Assembly: GCA_964234715.1 (NCBI GenBank) | Contig: OZ174279.1 | Direction: 5' to 3' (one strand) | DNA: 64,000 nucleotides | From: Podarcis melisellensis | Lineage: Eukaryota | Shown here: positions 48,104 to 60,486 of the stretch, in pieces | Layout of the letters: each line of letters starts with the position of its first letter | How positions within the stretch are numbered: position 1 is the stretch's first letter | Program-made: the position numbers and the translations under genes | The notes under the pieces: generated by a model | Database searches by the model: none | What the model saw: the letters and a program-made list of their open reading frames with translations, nothing else | Told to the model about the DNA's origin: nothing

Positions 48104-50059
48104 GAGTCTGATGTCAGATTCAAATATCTGAGAACAAAAACACGTGTAACTTGCATAGATGAGAATGATGCATGCACACATAGTGCCATGTTTCTTGGAG
48201 GAAATACATGAATCCAGGAAACTAAATATTCCTGACCACAATTTATTTGTATTTTGCTGAGAAAAGTGGTGATTTATTTGTGAGTGCATGAGTCTTAACA
48301 GACACTTGGTGATAAAATCTAATTGAGACACTGTTCTGGCACTCCCACCAATCAAGAGACTAGTTAGAGTGATCTGTCAGCTTGAAACAGGTATTCTCAA
48401 ACTTTGGCTGTGGTCCAAATTAATTTTTGGAAGTTGCTTTTACATGAATTGAAGATATAAAATAAAAGCTTTTATTCAAGGAGTCAAGCTACATGTCTGG
48501 TTGTTTTCAAAATCCAAGTCTCATAAGCAGTCTTTGTGACTCCAGTGTCGATAAAGTTAGGACCCATTATGAAGCATGAATGGTTCCACCATGCTTCTCC
48601 CCAGTAATATTTGGCAATGAGACATCGTCATGTTAAATGTCTCTTCACTCCTCCTGCACTTGATTGGCTCTTCTTGCAGATGAGCAGAGGGACACTGAAT
48701 GCTATGCTGTCCTGTCACACATTATTTTACCAACATTATGAAGGATATATGAAGGGGACAGGTTGTCATCTAGTCACTCTTAAATACCATTGAAATTAAT
48801 AGAACTTGCTTGTCTCATCCAGCACAACCAGTTTTCCTTGAAACAGGGTCTATTTATTTGTTTGTTTGAAATATTAATAAACTGCGAAACATTACAAAAT
48901 ACCATTGTATTTTGTAATAAAAACAAACAAAAGCTGGGAAAACATTTTCCTCCGAAGAATCAGAACTATATGTCTATATAGTTAATACTCACACAAAATT
49001 TTAGCTTGTCTGTACCACTGAAAAATGTTTCAGTGGATCACTTTTACACCTGGATATCTTTTTTAAAAAGTAATGCGTGTTTCTGAAGAATATATTAAAA
49101 ATAATATATGCATTTCAGCCAGGACGTGCAACGATGTAGAAAATAAGTGTCGTGCCGAATTCTCTTTCCTGCTCACACATCTCATAACATATAATCCAAA
49201 CTCTAAGGCATGTCTTGTTGTTTATATTCTGATTTGGTACCAGACAAAATTTCTTCTGTCCAAGTATTCTTCACTGATGATGTTTTAAAAAGTGTGTGGG
49301 AATTGGTCATATCCCGTATTTCCTGGCAGAGCTGAAAGTAAAGGCAAATGTAGCCTCTCTCGTAACATTTTGCTTGGAGTTCTATCAAAACGAGTGCCAA
49401 ATGAATGGCGCAAAAAAGAAATCTACTGGTTGCTTAAGTTCAGTAAAACTCCTTATATATGTATACATTAATGCAGCAAATGAGTTCGTTAATAGGTTTA
49501 AAGAAAATGTGTTCCTTATTACACTTTTATTTATGCATCAAAAAGTCTTTCTACAAAAAAGCTTGTTAAGTTTGTAAGTGTCGAAATTATGACAAACACA
49601 GAAGATAAAATGTAGCATTGAAACAGACTACAGTAGATTTACCAATCCCTGGTTAACTTACACCTATCTGATCCAACACCATAATAGTTTTGTATGAAAC
49701 AGGCACACTAGCAATTTGATGTTATAGAAATGCATTGTTGTGATGCTGCACAGTGTGACTTCTTTTACTGTAGGTTTGTACACCAATGGCTGGTGAAGTA
49801 ATTCTCAGGTAGGCACTGCTAGCTGTCACCGTGGGGCAACTGAGGACCACTTAATTGTCCACTGCTGGAATCTTTGCTTTGAAAGTGGGCACATTCCATC
49901 CTTCTATTGCTATGGGGCTGATAATTAGACTGTTAAATTAGAGGGGATCTTGGTGATGGGGGGGGAGGTGCAAAAAGTAACCAAAAATTTAAGGGGAGAC
50001 TCATCTTGTGTTTCCACTGCCAGGACAAGTATATGGTATAATAGTACAAGAAAATAATT

Positions 50060-50372
50060 CTTTGCGGTAGTGCTCTGCCTCTGTAATGATTTCTCTGCCT
50101 CCAACTTTACTTGATTTTGGGCGCCCTTTAAAGATGCATATTTTTACTCAAGCTTTTTGGATAAGAGGAGGTTATGTGAGCTGCTGCTAGTTGTATGTTT
50201 CATCTGCTGTATAATAAATTGAACTGTTTCAAAGGAGCTTGCTTTATGGTTAAAATAGCTTTATGGTAAATTGGGTAACATGATTGGTGTCGACCTATTT
50301 GATTTTATGTTGGCATTTTATTGCAATCTGCCCTGGATCTTTATGCTGTAGGACAGGTTTATAAATTGAAAA

Positions 50373-50408
<36 letters not shown>

Positions 50409-50412
50409 TAAA
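50060..50412 (+). mobile_element. L2-clade LINE 3' fragment with a (GTAA)n tail
   Basis: tttaaagatgcatatttttactcaagctttt...ttgcaatctgccctggatc...ggacaggtttataaat followed by (taag)n. Confidence 0.65.
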
Positions 50413-52894
50413 TGTGTGGCAGTGGTAACACCTTAACTTTCATTCGTCTTTTTTATTTTGCTGCTGACACAAGTAGCTGCAAGAGGTTATTGCAGAGGTC
50501 TCTTCCTGGGAGCCACCATGATGACCCTGAATGATACAGCATCATGATGCATTGGCATTCCAGGGGGCATTCTGTGTGGTGGGGAGTGAATGACAGCTTC
50601 TACTGGTGGCCATAATTTACACATGCAATGGCAGCTGCTAAGAACTCTGCTGCTACCTATGTTCGCAGAATAAAAAAGTTAAGAAGCTGCTACCACAAAA
50701 TGGTAAGCCTCCTTTTACCAACTTTTACTCCCTCCCTCCCAGTAGCTTTCCAATTTCCCCCCTTTAATCCACTACCCAATTTCAAGTCAAAAGTTATCCA
50801 TAGAGAATGGTCAGCTCAGCCTCCCTAAATATGGATGCTACCCAATTGATTAGGTATCCACAGTTCCACTTCCTCGCTCATCAGGGGTGAGTGCGCCTTG
50901 CCCTCTGCTGAGAAGGACTCACAGCCTGTTCCCTGGGAGCTTACTTTCTGCAGGTAATAGCCACCACAGGGGTGATTTTATCATGACATTGGCAGAGAAA
51001 AAGGTTAACTTCCTCCCTGTGTGCTGTTACACTTTTTAAAAACACATACACCAAATTTAGCATTATTCCAGTTTGTGATTATCACATCTTCATCACAGGT
51101 TTCATGCTTTTACCTATAGAGATGTGCTTTCTGTATTGAAAAAGCATAATGGGAGAAGCAGAACTATATAAAAAATCAAGTGACTAAAGTGTTAAAACAA
51201 AAATATCTTTTAGTATGCCAGTATTTTCCATGAATAACTTGAGTGCATCCAAAGGGGTGATGCTTCTTCCAAATGGTTTCTGGGAAAAGGCACATCACTC
51301 TATTGTCCATTTGAGTCACAATGTGAGTCTCCATTGTTGGTATGAGGTTTGGAGTGATGTGTTGCTGTCTGTGGGATATGTGCAATTTCTTCATTAGCTC
51401 TCTGAAAAGCCAATCCCTTGGAAATTCAAGTTCGGTGGGGAGGGAGAATTGCTGAGGCAAAATTATATTATAGTCTAGGGGCCTCTCTAAATGCCTGGCT
51501 TGCTGGCCTGTTCTCTACATTTGCAGATTATAAATGAGTCACTTGTTTCTTTGTGAATAAAGTGGCAGAATTAGTAGGAACATATCAGCCATCACCCGGA
51601 ATGGCTGAAAAATTTATATATACTAGTTTTGGCAGCAGGGAAGTAAAATGGCAAGAAATCTCGTGGCTTGATCAGAAATTGCTCCAGAAGTTTCAACAGG
51701 ATTTCCACAAAAGGTGAAGGAGGCACAACTTATTGACTTGCACATTGCGAAGCACAAAATTGTTAGTTGTTATACTGCAGCATAAATTTTAAAGATGCCC
51801 ACTTTTCATTCTGTACAAGAACTCAACAACATGCAATAGTTAAGGCAAACTAAAGGCAATTAAGTTTATTGGATGATGTCACTGATGTGGGTGATATATA
51901 TGATTGCAGATAAAAAAAAGTCCCACTCATCTATGATTCCATGAACAGATTGTCAATAGCAAGATAAAATTTATAAGGGCAGATTGTTTTACTTTTCCAC
52001 GTGTGAAATTAATTTAATTTTGTGGAGTGGAAAGGATAAGATGGGTTTGTTTTTATTTTATTTTGGCAAATGCTTTTTACAAAATACCTCCTTGTAATAA
52101 TATTGGGTTTTCTCAGTCATGTTTAGAAATGTTTTGGAATACTTATTGGGCTAGATTTTCAGATGCTGGCCAAACATACACAGAAAGTATGCCATAATTT
52201 CCAGCTCCAAAAAGGGTTCATTCCCACAAAAGGGAGTGTAAATTTCAAAGATGCCCAAATGTTGAAGGGGTCAAAAAGAAATGGGCCTGTATTATTGTGG
52301 TCATGTTTGACCATCAGCCAGATTAGGTCCCTTCAATCAATTCAGGCCTGAAAAAGGATAGCTGCCTAACCTTCTATATTTTAATGATGAAGAAGTTTAA
52401 TTAAGGTATCAACCTAACCTCACTTATCTAGGAGCAAGCCTAATGGAATTAGTCTCATTGAATCACTAGTACATGGTTAGGTTTGCGCTGCTAGCAACTT
52501 TGAATGATATTTGGGAAGTTTGGATGTAAATAAAATAATCAAATGAATAATTTCTTATTATTAGTGTGGGTAGCTAGCATTACGGGGCAAAGATGGGAAG
52601 GCACCAAGACAGAAACAATAGGAGAGATGACCTCTTAGGAGTACTGAAAATATTGTTGCCTGAAGATAATGTGTGGAGTCACTGGGAACCAAAACAGACA
52701 AAGAGGGAGTGCAGGAGTGGGTCCCTATGGATTATGGGGGGCCTTGGAGGTATACCACAAAAATTCAGTTTGCTATTGGGGACAACACTGCCTATTCCCT
52801 AAAACCTTCACACTGTCAAGAGCTGAGTTCAAGCTGCCAGTGAAAGTTATAGCATTTTAAATGGACACCTCCCAGCATGAGCAGGTAGGCTGCA

Positions 52895-53174
52895 GTAAAG
52901 GTAAAGGTAAAGGTCCAGTCGCGGACGACTGGAGTTGCGGCGCTCATCTCGCTCTATAGGCCGAGGAGCCGGCGTTTGTCCGCAGACAGCTTCTGGGTCA
53001 TGTGGCCAGCATGACTAAGCCGCTTCTGGCGAAGCAGAGCAGCACACAGAAACGCCGTTTACCTTCCCGCCGGAGTGGTACCTATTTATCTACTTGCACT
53101 TTGACATGCTTTCGAACTGTTAGGTTGGCCGGAGCAGGGCCCGAGCAACGGGAGCTCACCCCATCGCGGGGATT
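52895..53174 (-). mobile_element. Sauria SINE (5'-truncated, CpG-rich, probably young)
   Basis: (GTAAAG)3 tail; gggtcatgtggccagcatgactaagccgcttctggcg...taggttggccggagc...gggagctcacccc. Confidence 0.95.
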
Positions 53175-53938
53175 ATAAAAAATGCATAGTACCCCCATTT
53201 GTTCATACATAAAGGAAAACTAAAGCAGTACTTCAGAAAATCTGGTTGTTAAGCCTTGCTGAACCCATGATAGCCAGGCAGCTGAATGGCTGTTGAACTA
53301 GGCTACAAGACACAAATTACATGGTAGGAATCACATTGTGTGTTGGGAACAAACAGAGATCAGAATAGCACTGCTGACTTTAGAAGGAATCACCCAATCC
53401 CCATAGTTCTCAGCTTCCCATTAACAAAATATCCATGTGACTATTACTGAGTTTGATATGGAACAATCTGCTTTAGAGGAATACCACAGAAGGAAACAGT
53501 AAAATTACTTTACTATGTTAGGAATTGTTTGAGTTGTTCGGTCAGTCAGTAAACATCCTGATTTTCTGTACATTACAATAATGTTCCCAGGCTGCTAAGG
53601 ATAATTGCAATCTGCTCAGATAAGACCAACATAACTGAAAGTAATACACTGTACCTTTTTACTCTCTTATTGCTTTATTTGGCTAATGGAATAATAAAGC
53701 ATTTAAAGAGAAAAGAACATTACTTTGGTCAGTTTGTTGCCCTTAAATATACTGAACTTCTGAAATAGCTTGTTTTATATTGGGGTGGGCAGGGGAAATA
53801 TTGATTCAGGCATACACCACAAATCAGAATCTCAGAAGGAAAGAACAGACTGAGCCCAATGAGGGACAGGTAGTAGATAAATGCTTGTGTTTCAGTTTGG
53901 GAGACCTCTGGCACAATGCTCTATGGGTGGCCTTCACC

Positions 53939-54128
53939 CACTGGCAGAGGAAGGGGACTGTGGTGGGGCGGGTGCGCCCCGAGTGTCATCCCGGGGGGGG
54001 GGGTGACATTGCCGTGCTGCCCCCCGGGACACTCACAACTTGCCCAGCCCCTGCTGGTGGCTCGCCACGCTCCCGGGCGCATAGCATGTGCGCCACTCTG
54101 GGTGCCAGAGCAGCTAGCTCTGCCTCTG
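53939..54128 (+). mobile_element. GC-rich non-autonomous DNA element (hAT-like) with an imperfect TSD
   Basis: Ends cactggcagag / ctctgcctctg; CTTCACC is duplicated on both flanks. Confidence 0.65.
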
Positions 54129-54829
54129 ATCTTCACCAACTTTTGGTTTGATCTGCCTCACAGTATTATGATAATAATGAGCAAATATATTACTCTGGTA
54201 TTTCTTTGCAAGATTGAATTCTGTTGAAATTAAGCAATTAATGCTTTGTTGAGATTGGAATATGTACCTGGGGTCAGTACATGCACACAGAACAATATAT
54301 AAACCAAGACACAGCTTCTTAACTGAATTAAAACTGGAGGCATGCTTCACTTTCAATACCTGTAAAAAGATACTTGGTAAGTTTGTATGAATAAAAACTA
54401 TCTTCTCCTGTAGAAGCCCACCCCTTATGTTGATGTGTACGTAAATTCTGACTGTGCCTCCCAAGTGGAAGTAGTTAAACCAGAACAGTGACTCACACAG
54501 GGATATATTTGGGAACCTCCTCAGCTGGAAACACTGAATATTCCAATCGTACCCAATGCAGAAATGCAGCAGAATTATCTGCCCCTAGCACCTAGACTAG
54601 GTGGGTGAGTCTAATGTTACCCCATGTGAGAGATAAGGTGGGACTTATGAATTTTCATCGGGGGTGGCTGTTAGGAGTCTGTGGTTCTGACTTCCTTTTT
54701 ATAATTATTGACTGCCTGTGAAAGGTAATGATTGCTGGGTGTGTCTGACAAAAATGGTCTGGTTGGCATGACAACCTTGATTTTGTGAGATTGTGCAAAG
54801 TTGCATGCACCCCCAGAGATGCTCACAGT

Positions 54830-55110
54830 TGCTGCCCTAAGCCAAGGTTTGGCTTAGTGTATTTTCCAAACCAGGACTTAGTGGTTAAGCTCATTGACTG
54901 TGAGCTGTAGCCAAGGTTAGTTGTTTGCTACAGCTCATGGTTAGTGAGGAGGGAGATTAATCACAAATCCTGGTTTGTACAACACTGTAAGCCAAGGCTT
55001 GCAGGGCTGCAGCAACAAGAATCAGGGAGCTGTGAGTTCTATTTTGGGAGCTTGTATGTACTCATGGTTTCACTAAGCCAAGGTCCAGCTTAGTATGCCA
55101 TGCACACTAG
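54830..55110. mobile_element. Degenerate multi-palindromic MITE
   Basis: Repeated and inverted ctaagccaagg(tttggcttag), aaaccagga/tcctggttt and tgagctgtagc/gctacagctca. Confidence 0.65.
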
Positions 55111-56114
55111 CTCACTGTATTTGGGGGAGTTTAATATTAAGCAGAAGGATGTATAGCAAGGATGTATCCATGGGAAGCAGGGATACAGTGGCTTGAGTGC
55201 TGTTTGCCTCTCCAGTCCCTTTCACACCTGGTTGATCTTCCATTCTGCCCTCCAGCCTGGTGGTGCTGCAGTTGAACACCAACTTTGTTCAAAATAAAAC
55301 ATCATTCATTCATGAGTTAGTGGACTGGATGAGACCAAATAAACTAAAAGGCTTCCGTCAACTCAACCCATAAGTTGCTTATTTGAGAAAACAGAGAGGC
55401 TTGTCTCATTGTATAATTGCATGTTGCAATTAAGAAATGATTTACTATAGCGGCATTTGCATATCCTGATTGAATTAGCTTTAATGCACATGGGCTTCCA
55501 GATGTGTTGCACACTAATAATAGTTCATGCTTCTACCTTGTTCTCAAGTGGCATGACACAATAGAATAAAGCTGTTTAATAGGGTTGGAGTTCATATTGA
55601 GGAAGATAAAGGAGCAATAATTGTAATTTGCTGTCCAAAGAGCACTCAGTCTTACAAGTCTCCTTCCCCTCAATTGCAACCTTAAAAACATTGTTTTCAC
55701 TCCTGAAAATATCTGGTGAGGATGAGTATCATATGGATGATACCTATTGGCAAAATGTTCTGCAAGCTAAATTTCTGCCAGCTAAATCACATAGGTATGT
55801 TATATCCACTCTTCCCTTTCATACCTGCCTTCAATATCAGCTGTCTTGTGTCTGAGATTTCAGAAAGATGTGCATTTATGGCTGTTGCATGTCAGTTATA
55901 AGATGCCCTCCTCAGGTCCTGCTCCCCTGTCTGATTCAATCTTTGACCACCTTCTGACATAGGATTAAAACATGGCTTGGCATAACTGGTTTGACTGTTA
56001 GCTGGCACTACTATTAAATTATCTCAGCTATTGTATTTTTATTTTTTTGCAGAATTCAGTCATTTTTATTCTTTTAATAAATAAGTGTAGCAACATGATT
56101 GTGTGTATATATAT

Positions 56115-56511
56115 AATAATAATTAATAATAATTTTATTATTTATATCTTACCCATTCGGCTTGATTTCCCCAGCAATTCCGGGCAGTTTACAGTACACA
56201 CAAAACACAGTTAAATGTCAAACATAAAAAACTTCCTGATACAGGGCTGCCTTCAGATGTTTTCTAAAAGTTGTGCAGTTCTTTATCTCCTTGGCATCTG
56301 ATGAGGAGGACGTTCCACAGGGAGGGTGCCACTGCTGAGAAGGTCCTCTGCTTGGTTCCCTGTAACTTCACTTCTCGCAGTGAGGGAACTGCTAGAAAAC
56401 CCTTGGAGTAATACTTCAGTGTTTATCAGCTGAGTGATGGAGGTGGAGACGCTCCTTTGGGTATACTGGGCTGAGACTGTTTAGGGCTTTAAAGGTCAGC
56501 ACCAACACTTT
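56115..56511 (-). mobile_element. L2-clade LINE 3' end (ORF2 C-terminus + 3'UTR)
   Basis: The minus ORF contains KVLVLTFKALNSLSPVYPKERL, resembling the conserved L2 ORF2 C-terminus. Short (AAT)n tail. Confidence 0.9.
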
Positions 56512-57426
56512 GGCCCCAACACTATCACCTTTGAACATGCACAGGTCTACTGGTGGGCTTGCAATCTGAGACGAGTGGGATTGAACTGCTCTGATCAGAA
56601 GGATCACAGGCTGGCTGAGAAAGAGCTGGAAGTTGAATCCAGGTCAACTGGCGCACGTGCCTGTCTTCATTCTGTTCTATTTTAGCATAAAAGATATGCA
56701 TATCAGCAATTTGAAGTGGTGTTGGGGTTAAGTTTTCAAATTCATTTAACATTTGCATGCAAGGAATTTAAAAGCATAGCGGGTTGTTGGAAAATAACCA
56801 TAAGGCCCTTGAAGCTTTTGGCTTTGCCCTTTCTCCGTAAGGGTCTCTTAGTGTGGGCTTTAAAACTGGCATGCTTCTAATGACTAGCTGTAGGTAACAT
56901 ATACAATGTATTCACAGGTTTTTATAAGGGAAAATAAACACTGACAAAAAAGCTGTTTTCCTTGGATGTTGTCTAGGGTAGTGGAGGATTTTGAATTAAA
57001 AATAGGAAAGTGCCCGCCTTTTCCATGTGTTTCTCACATACTTTTGTACCTTGGTTTTAATTCAGAAGCTGGTGGTTGCGTCATATGTGGGTTGCTTTGT
57101 TTTCTTTATGAAGTTTATATAGCAATTTGCCTGGAGACGTATTTAGTTCAGTGCATGCATTCTAGGCACAACAGGGTATTTAATGATTTATATAACTAAT
57201 CCATTCAGTGATTATAATAAGTAGAGTCTCCAGTAATTGTTTAAACTAAAAACTGAGGCAGCCAACTGGATTATTTTTAAAGAATTAACCTGGATCGATT
57301 AAGAATTCTAATAAATGTTTTTAAAATACCGATTAATCAGTAAACTACATTGAATAATGTGATAGAAAACATGGCCGCTTAGTAGCTAGAGAGGATGTAT
57401 GTCCGCTATTGACATTTGCTTTGTAG

Positions 57427-57497
57427 GTAATGTTCTGAAATTGTCCGTGCCTTTCCCCCTCAAGTGCCTTTGATTATTCATAAATCTGTTGAGTTAG
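57427..57497 (+). other. Candidate 71-nt cryptic/poison exon starting with a reconstituted donor (TAG|GTAATG ... TAG|GTAAGC)
   Basis: Acceptor atttgctttgtag (57414-57426), donor GTAAGC at 57498, stop codons in all three frames. Confidence 0.3.
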
Positions 57498-58444
57498 GTA
57501 AGCTCTATCAGTGTGCTTTAATCTTTTAGAAGAAAACTTTGTGGGAGGAATCCATTTACTTGAAACCAGCTTTGCTCCCTGATAATATATTCTCCCCCCT
57601 CCCCCTGCATTGTGAATTCTTTAGTGGAAGAAAGGCACAGCTGCATATAGCACAAATTCTATTTATTTTCTCATTAAGTAAAGTACAAGAAGATAGTATC
57701 ATTGGACAGCTAATAGCAAATAACCACTAAAGAATGTCCTTCAGCTATTTGCACTGCCACTTTACGAAGGGACTCCAAACAGCCTTTTCAGGTGTATTAG
57801 TCAGGAGAGATATCTTAAAAGTCCAAGGAAGACAAAGTTAATGCGCTCAGAAAAGGAGCTTTTCAGATAAGGTTTCCCCCAAGTGTTTAGATTAGTTAAA
57901 TATTAAAACAGATAGAGATAGTAAGATTGTTTGTCTTTATAAATTCTTTATAAATGGAGAAAGTAGCAGCTTTTTCAGCGTAATGAAAGCGTTAGGCATA
58001 TCAAAGGTTTGTGCGCTCAGAATGCACAGGTGACTTTGATTTCATCTTGGCAAGTGATTATCTGCTAGTGTAGATTGGAAACTAAATATATCCTTTTGTT
58101 GACAGTGGAATCAGCACTGGATTAAACTGGATCACATAGGGCCTGATCTTACCGGTATTACTGGGTCATGTGTCTCTGATTTGTGCTGCATGCTCAGGTT
58201 TGTCTGTCCTCCTGCTGGTGGACAGTTATATACAAGGAGTTATAGATGTGCCAAGGGGCAAACACTCCCCCAATGAGGACATGCAGGAGGATATGCTTGG
58301 TGGCTACACTTCATTTTGGAACTTTCTGAAGGATTCTAACCTCCTGAAATACATAAATGGTGTGAGATCACCTCTATTTGGGAGAAAACGTACAGGCCTG
58401 TTAAAGTTACTTAATTGTGTTGACTGTTACTAAAATAAAATGTA

Positions 58445-58490
58445 ATAGAATCAAACAGTCATAGAATTGTAGATTTGGAAGGGACCCTCA
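58445..58490 (-). mobile_element. CR1/SINE 3' tail fragment
   Basis: catagaattgtagatttggaagggaccctcagg is the reverse complement of the shared CR1-type tail. Confidence 0.7.
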
Positions 58491-58584
58491 GGACTCTTGT
58501 CAGTCCAGTAACAAGAATGCTGGAAGGCAGGACTAGATCAAATTCATTTATTTATTTACATTTTCACATGTTAGAAAGTATGTG

Positions 58585-59190
58585 GAACCAGCGTAAGTCA
58601 GGCTAACTTCAGTTAAGCTAGTGTAAAGTACACCGGATCCAAACTCCAATCAAGAGCGAGGGTATTGCTGGCTGAGCCAGCCTAAGTCTAGCAGAAGGAA
58701 AACAGACCTGTAAAATAGAGTTTGAGTTATACCACCCTTTCAGCCAACTTAATTTATACCAGGTTGGCAGGAGATGTTAGTGAGCCGAATATGCGTGGAG
58801 TCCCTCTCCCTCCTGTCCCACCCCCACCCCACCCTCAGAATGCCTCCTTTTCAGGGCTTACTCTTGCTTACGATCCACTGGGCTTGGCTTTATTAGGGTT
58901 GCCATACGTTTGGAATTTCCTGGACACAGCTGACAATTGGCCATTGAAACTGTCCGGATGTATGGCAACTCATGTCGGCTCAGTAACTTTTTAAAAAGGT
59001 TTGGGCGAAACAAACAAACAACTTTTCTGTCCGGATTTTCACTTTTGAGATATGGCAACTCTACCTTTATCCTGTTGAGCTGGATGACGCAGTTAAGCCA
59101 GCAAAGCCAGCATGGGTGAGCTGGGAAACTCCTGGCCCAGTCAGATATCTACTCAGGGCTGGCCCAGACCTCCAGAGGAGGGAGATCTTC
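58585..59190. mobile_element. Degenerate non-autonomous element (family of 45020-45335) with a nested hAT MITE
   Basis: Homology to 45020-45335; interrupted at 58894-59063. Confidence 0.6.
58894..59063. mobile_element. hAT (Blackjack/MER53-like) MITE
   Basis: TIRs tagggttgccata / tatggcaactcta; CTTTAT is duplicated on the flanks. Confidence 0.8.
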
Positions 59191-60325
59191 CTTCCTTCCT
59201 TCTCCCTGAACTTCTCTGTCTCTGGGCCACCTTGCTGGTGCTAATTCTGGCCCAACCAAAGGCTATGGAACGACTAAGGGGCAGGGCAGGCAAGTGAGGA
59301 GGTACTGGACAGACTGTGGCACTAAGAGCCAACGCCCACTAGTGAGTCTTAACCCACTGTTTGCAAAACACTGCTCTAGAGGCTTGATATTCTCCCTCAC
59401 AGCATCTTTTACATGTGTGGACCCAATAAAAATGTGATCTGTTTTGTCTTCTGCATGCATGCATACATACAGGAGCCAATCTCCTTGCAAGTATCATTGT
59501 GATCATTTTTGTAAAACAAAAACACAGCATTCTTTTGATATTATTATATGCATCTTTTTTTTGTTAGAAACAACACATTTTTCTGACAAGAACTCTGCTG
59601 ACTAAAATGACACATTTGAATGTCTAAAGGAAAGTGCTGTTTTGACTGACCCAGGTTTAAACTGCCATCTACTGGTTTGTTGTTTTCAGGTTTAGAATTA
59701 TAAGAACGTTCTCACTTAAAGTAATTTCATTCCTATAAGAAGCAACCAAATGAAAAGGGGTTTCTCTGGTGAGGATTTTGTCTTAAGAGGCACTGGTTCC
59801 AATACAGAATTAAAGAACCTTCAAGTGACTGCAACTTATTGCTGTTTGTTTGTTTATCGTAAGTATTTTATACCACCTCCCAGGGCAGTTTGCAAAAAAT
59901 AATAATATGTGAGGGCATGAGCAAACTTTTTTCAGGAATAGGGATAACTGGCCAAAATCCAGGCTACCAGGAAATCCAGTTACTTTGCTGCATAAAATAA
60001 GACAGCCTTTTAGTTTTGTTTTGTCACATTTATATTCCACCATTCATTTCCAAGCTAAGTAACCCAAAAAGTACATATGTGAAAAACCAAAAAGTACAAT
60101 ATAATAGTTTAAATCTAACCTTTCATGGGCATTACCTTCACAGGTGTACACAGTTCTGGCCCACAAGATGGGCCAGCTGGGAAAGGGTTCTGTTGGTCTG
60201 GGAAGCCTCCTTGCCTGTGCAGCTCTGAAGAGAGACTGGATCAGTCTGTGTTTTGTTCAGGGCAAATAATGTCAGTCACGCCAGGTAACTAGACTGCAGT
60301 CCTGATCTAGTTCACACAAGCATGG

Positions 60326-60389
60326 TGCATTGCAGGGGGTTGGACTAGATGACCATTGGGTCCACTCCAACTCTAAGGTTCTATTATTC
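60326..60389 (+). mobile_element. CR1-type SINE/LINE 3' tail only
   Basis: tgcattgcagggggttggactagatgacc..ggtcc..tccaactct...ttctatt. Confidence 0.8.
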
Positions 60390-60486
60390 ACTAGTGTGTA
60401 CGTGTGTTGATTTTTTAATTATTTTTTTTTGCACAACTATATGTGTTTAGCACATTTTGCAGTTTGGAGCTCATGTGAACAGCTCT

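Noticed and set aside
49774-49808. 35-nt AG/GT-bounded micro-exon encoding MAGEVIL
   Set aside because: Such short splice-site pairs arise often by chance, and the peptide is not recognised.
53780-54227. GC-rich overlapping ORFs / apparent CpG island
   Set aside because: Explained by the GC-rich DNA element at 53939-54128.
59690-59768. Plus-strand AG...GTGAG exon candidate
   Set aside because: Stops in all frames and no other support.
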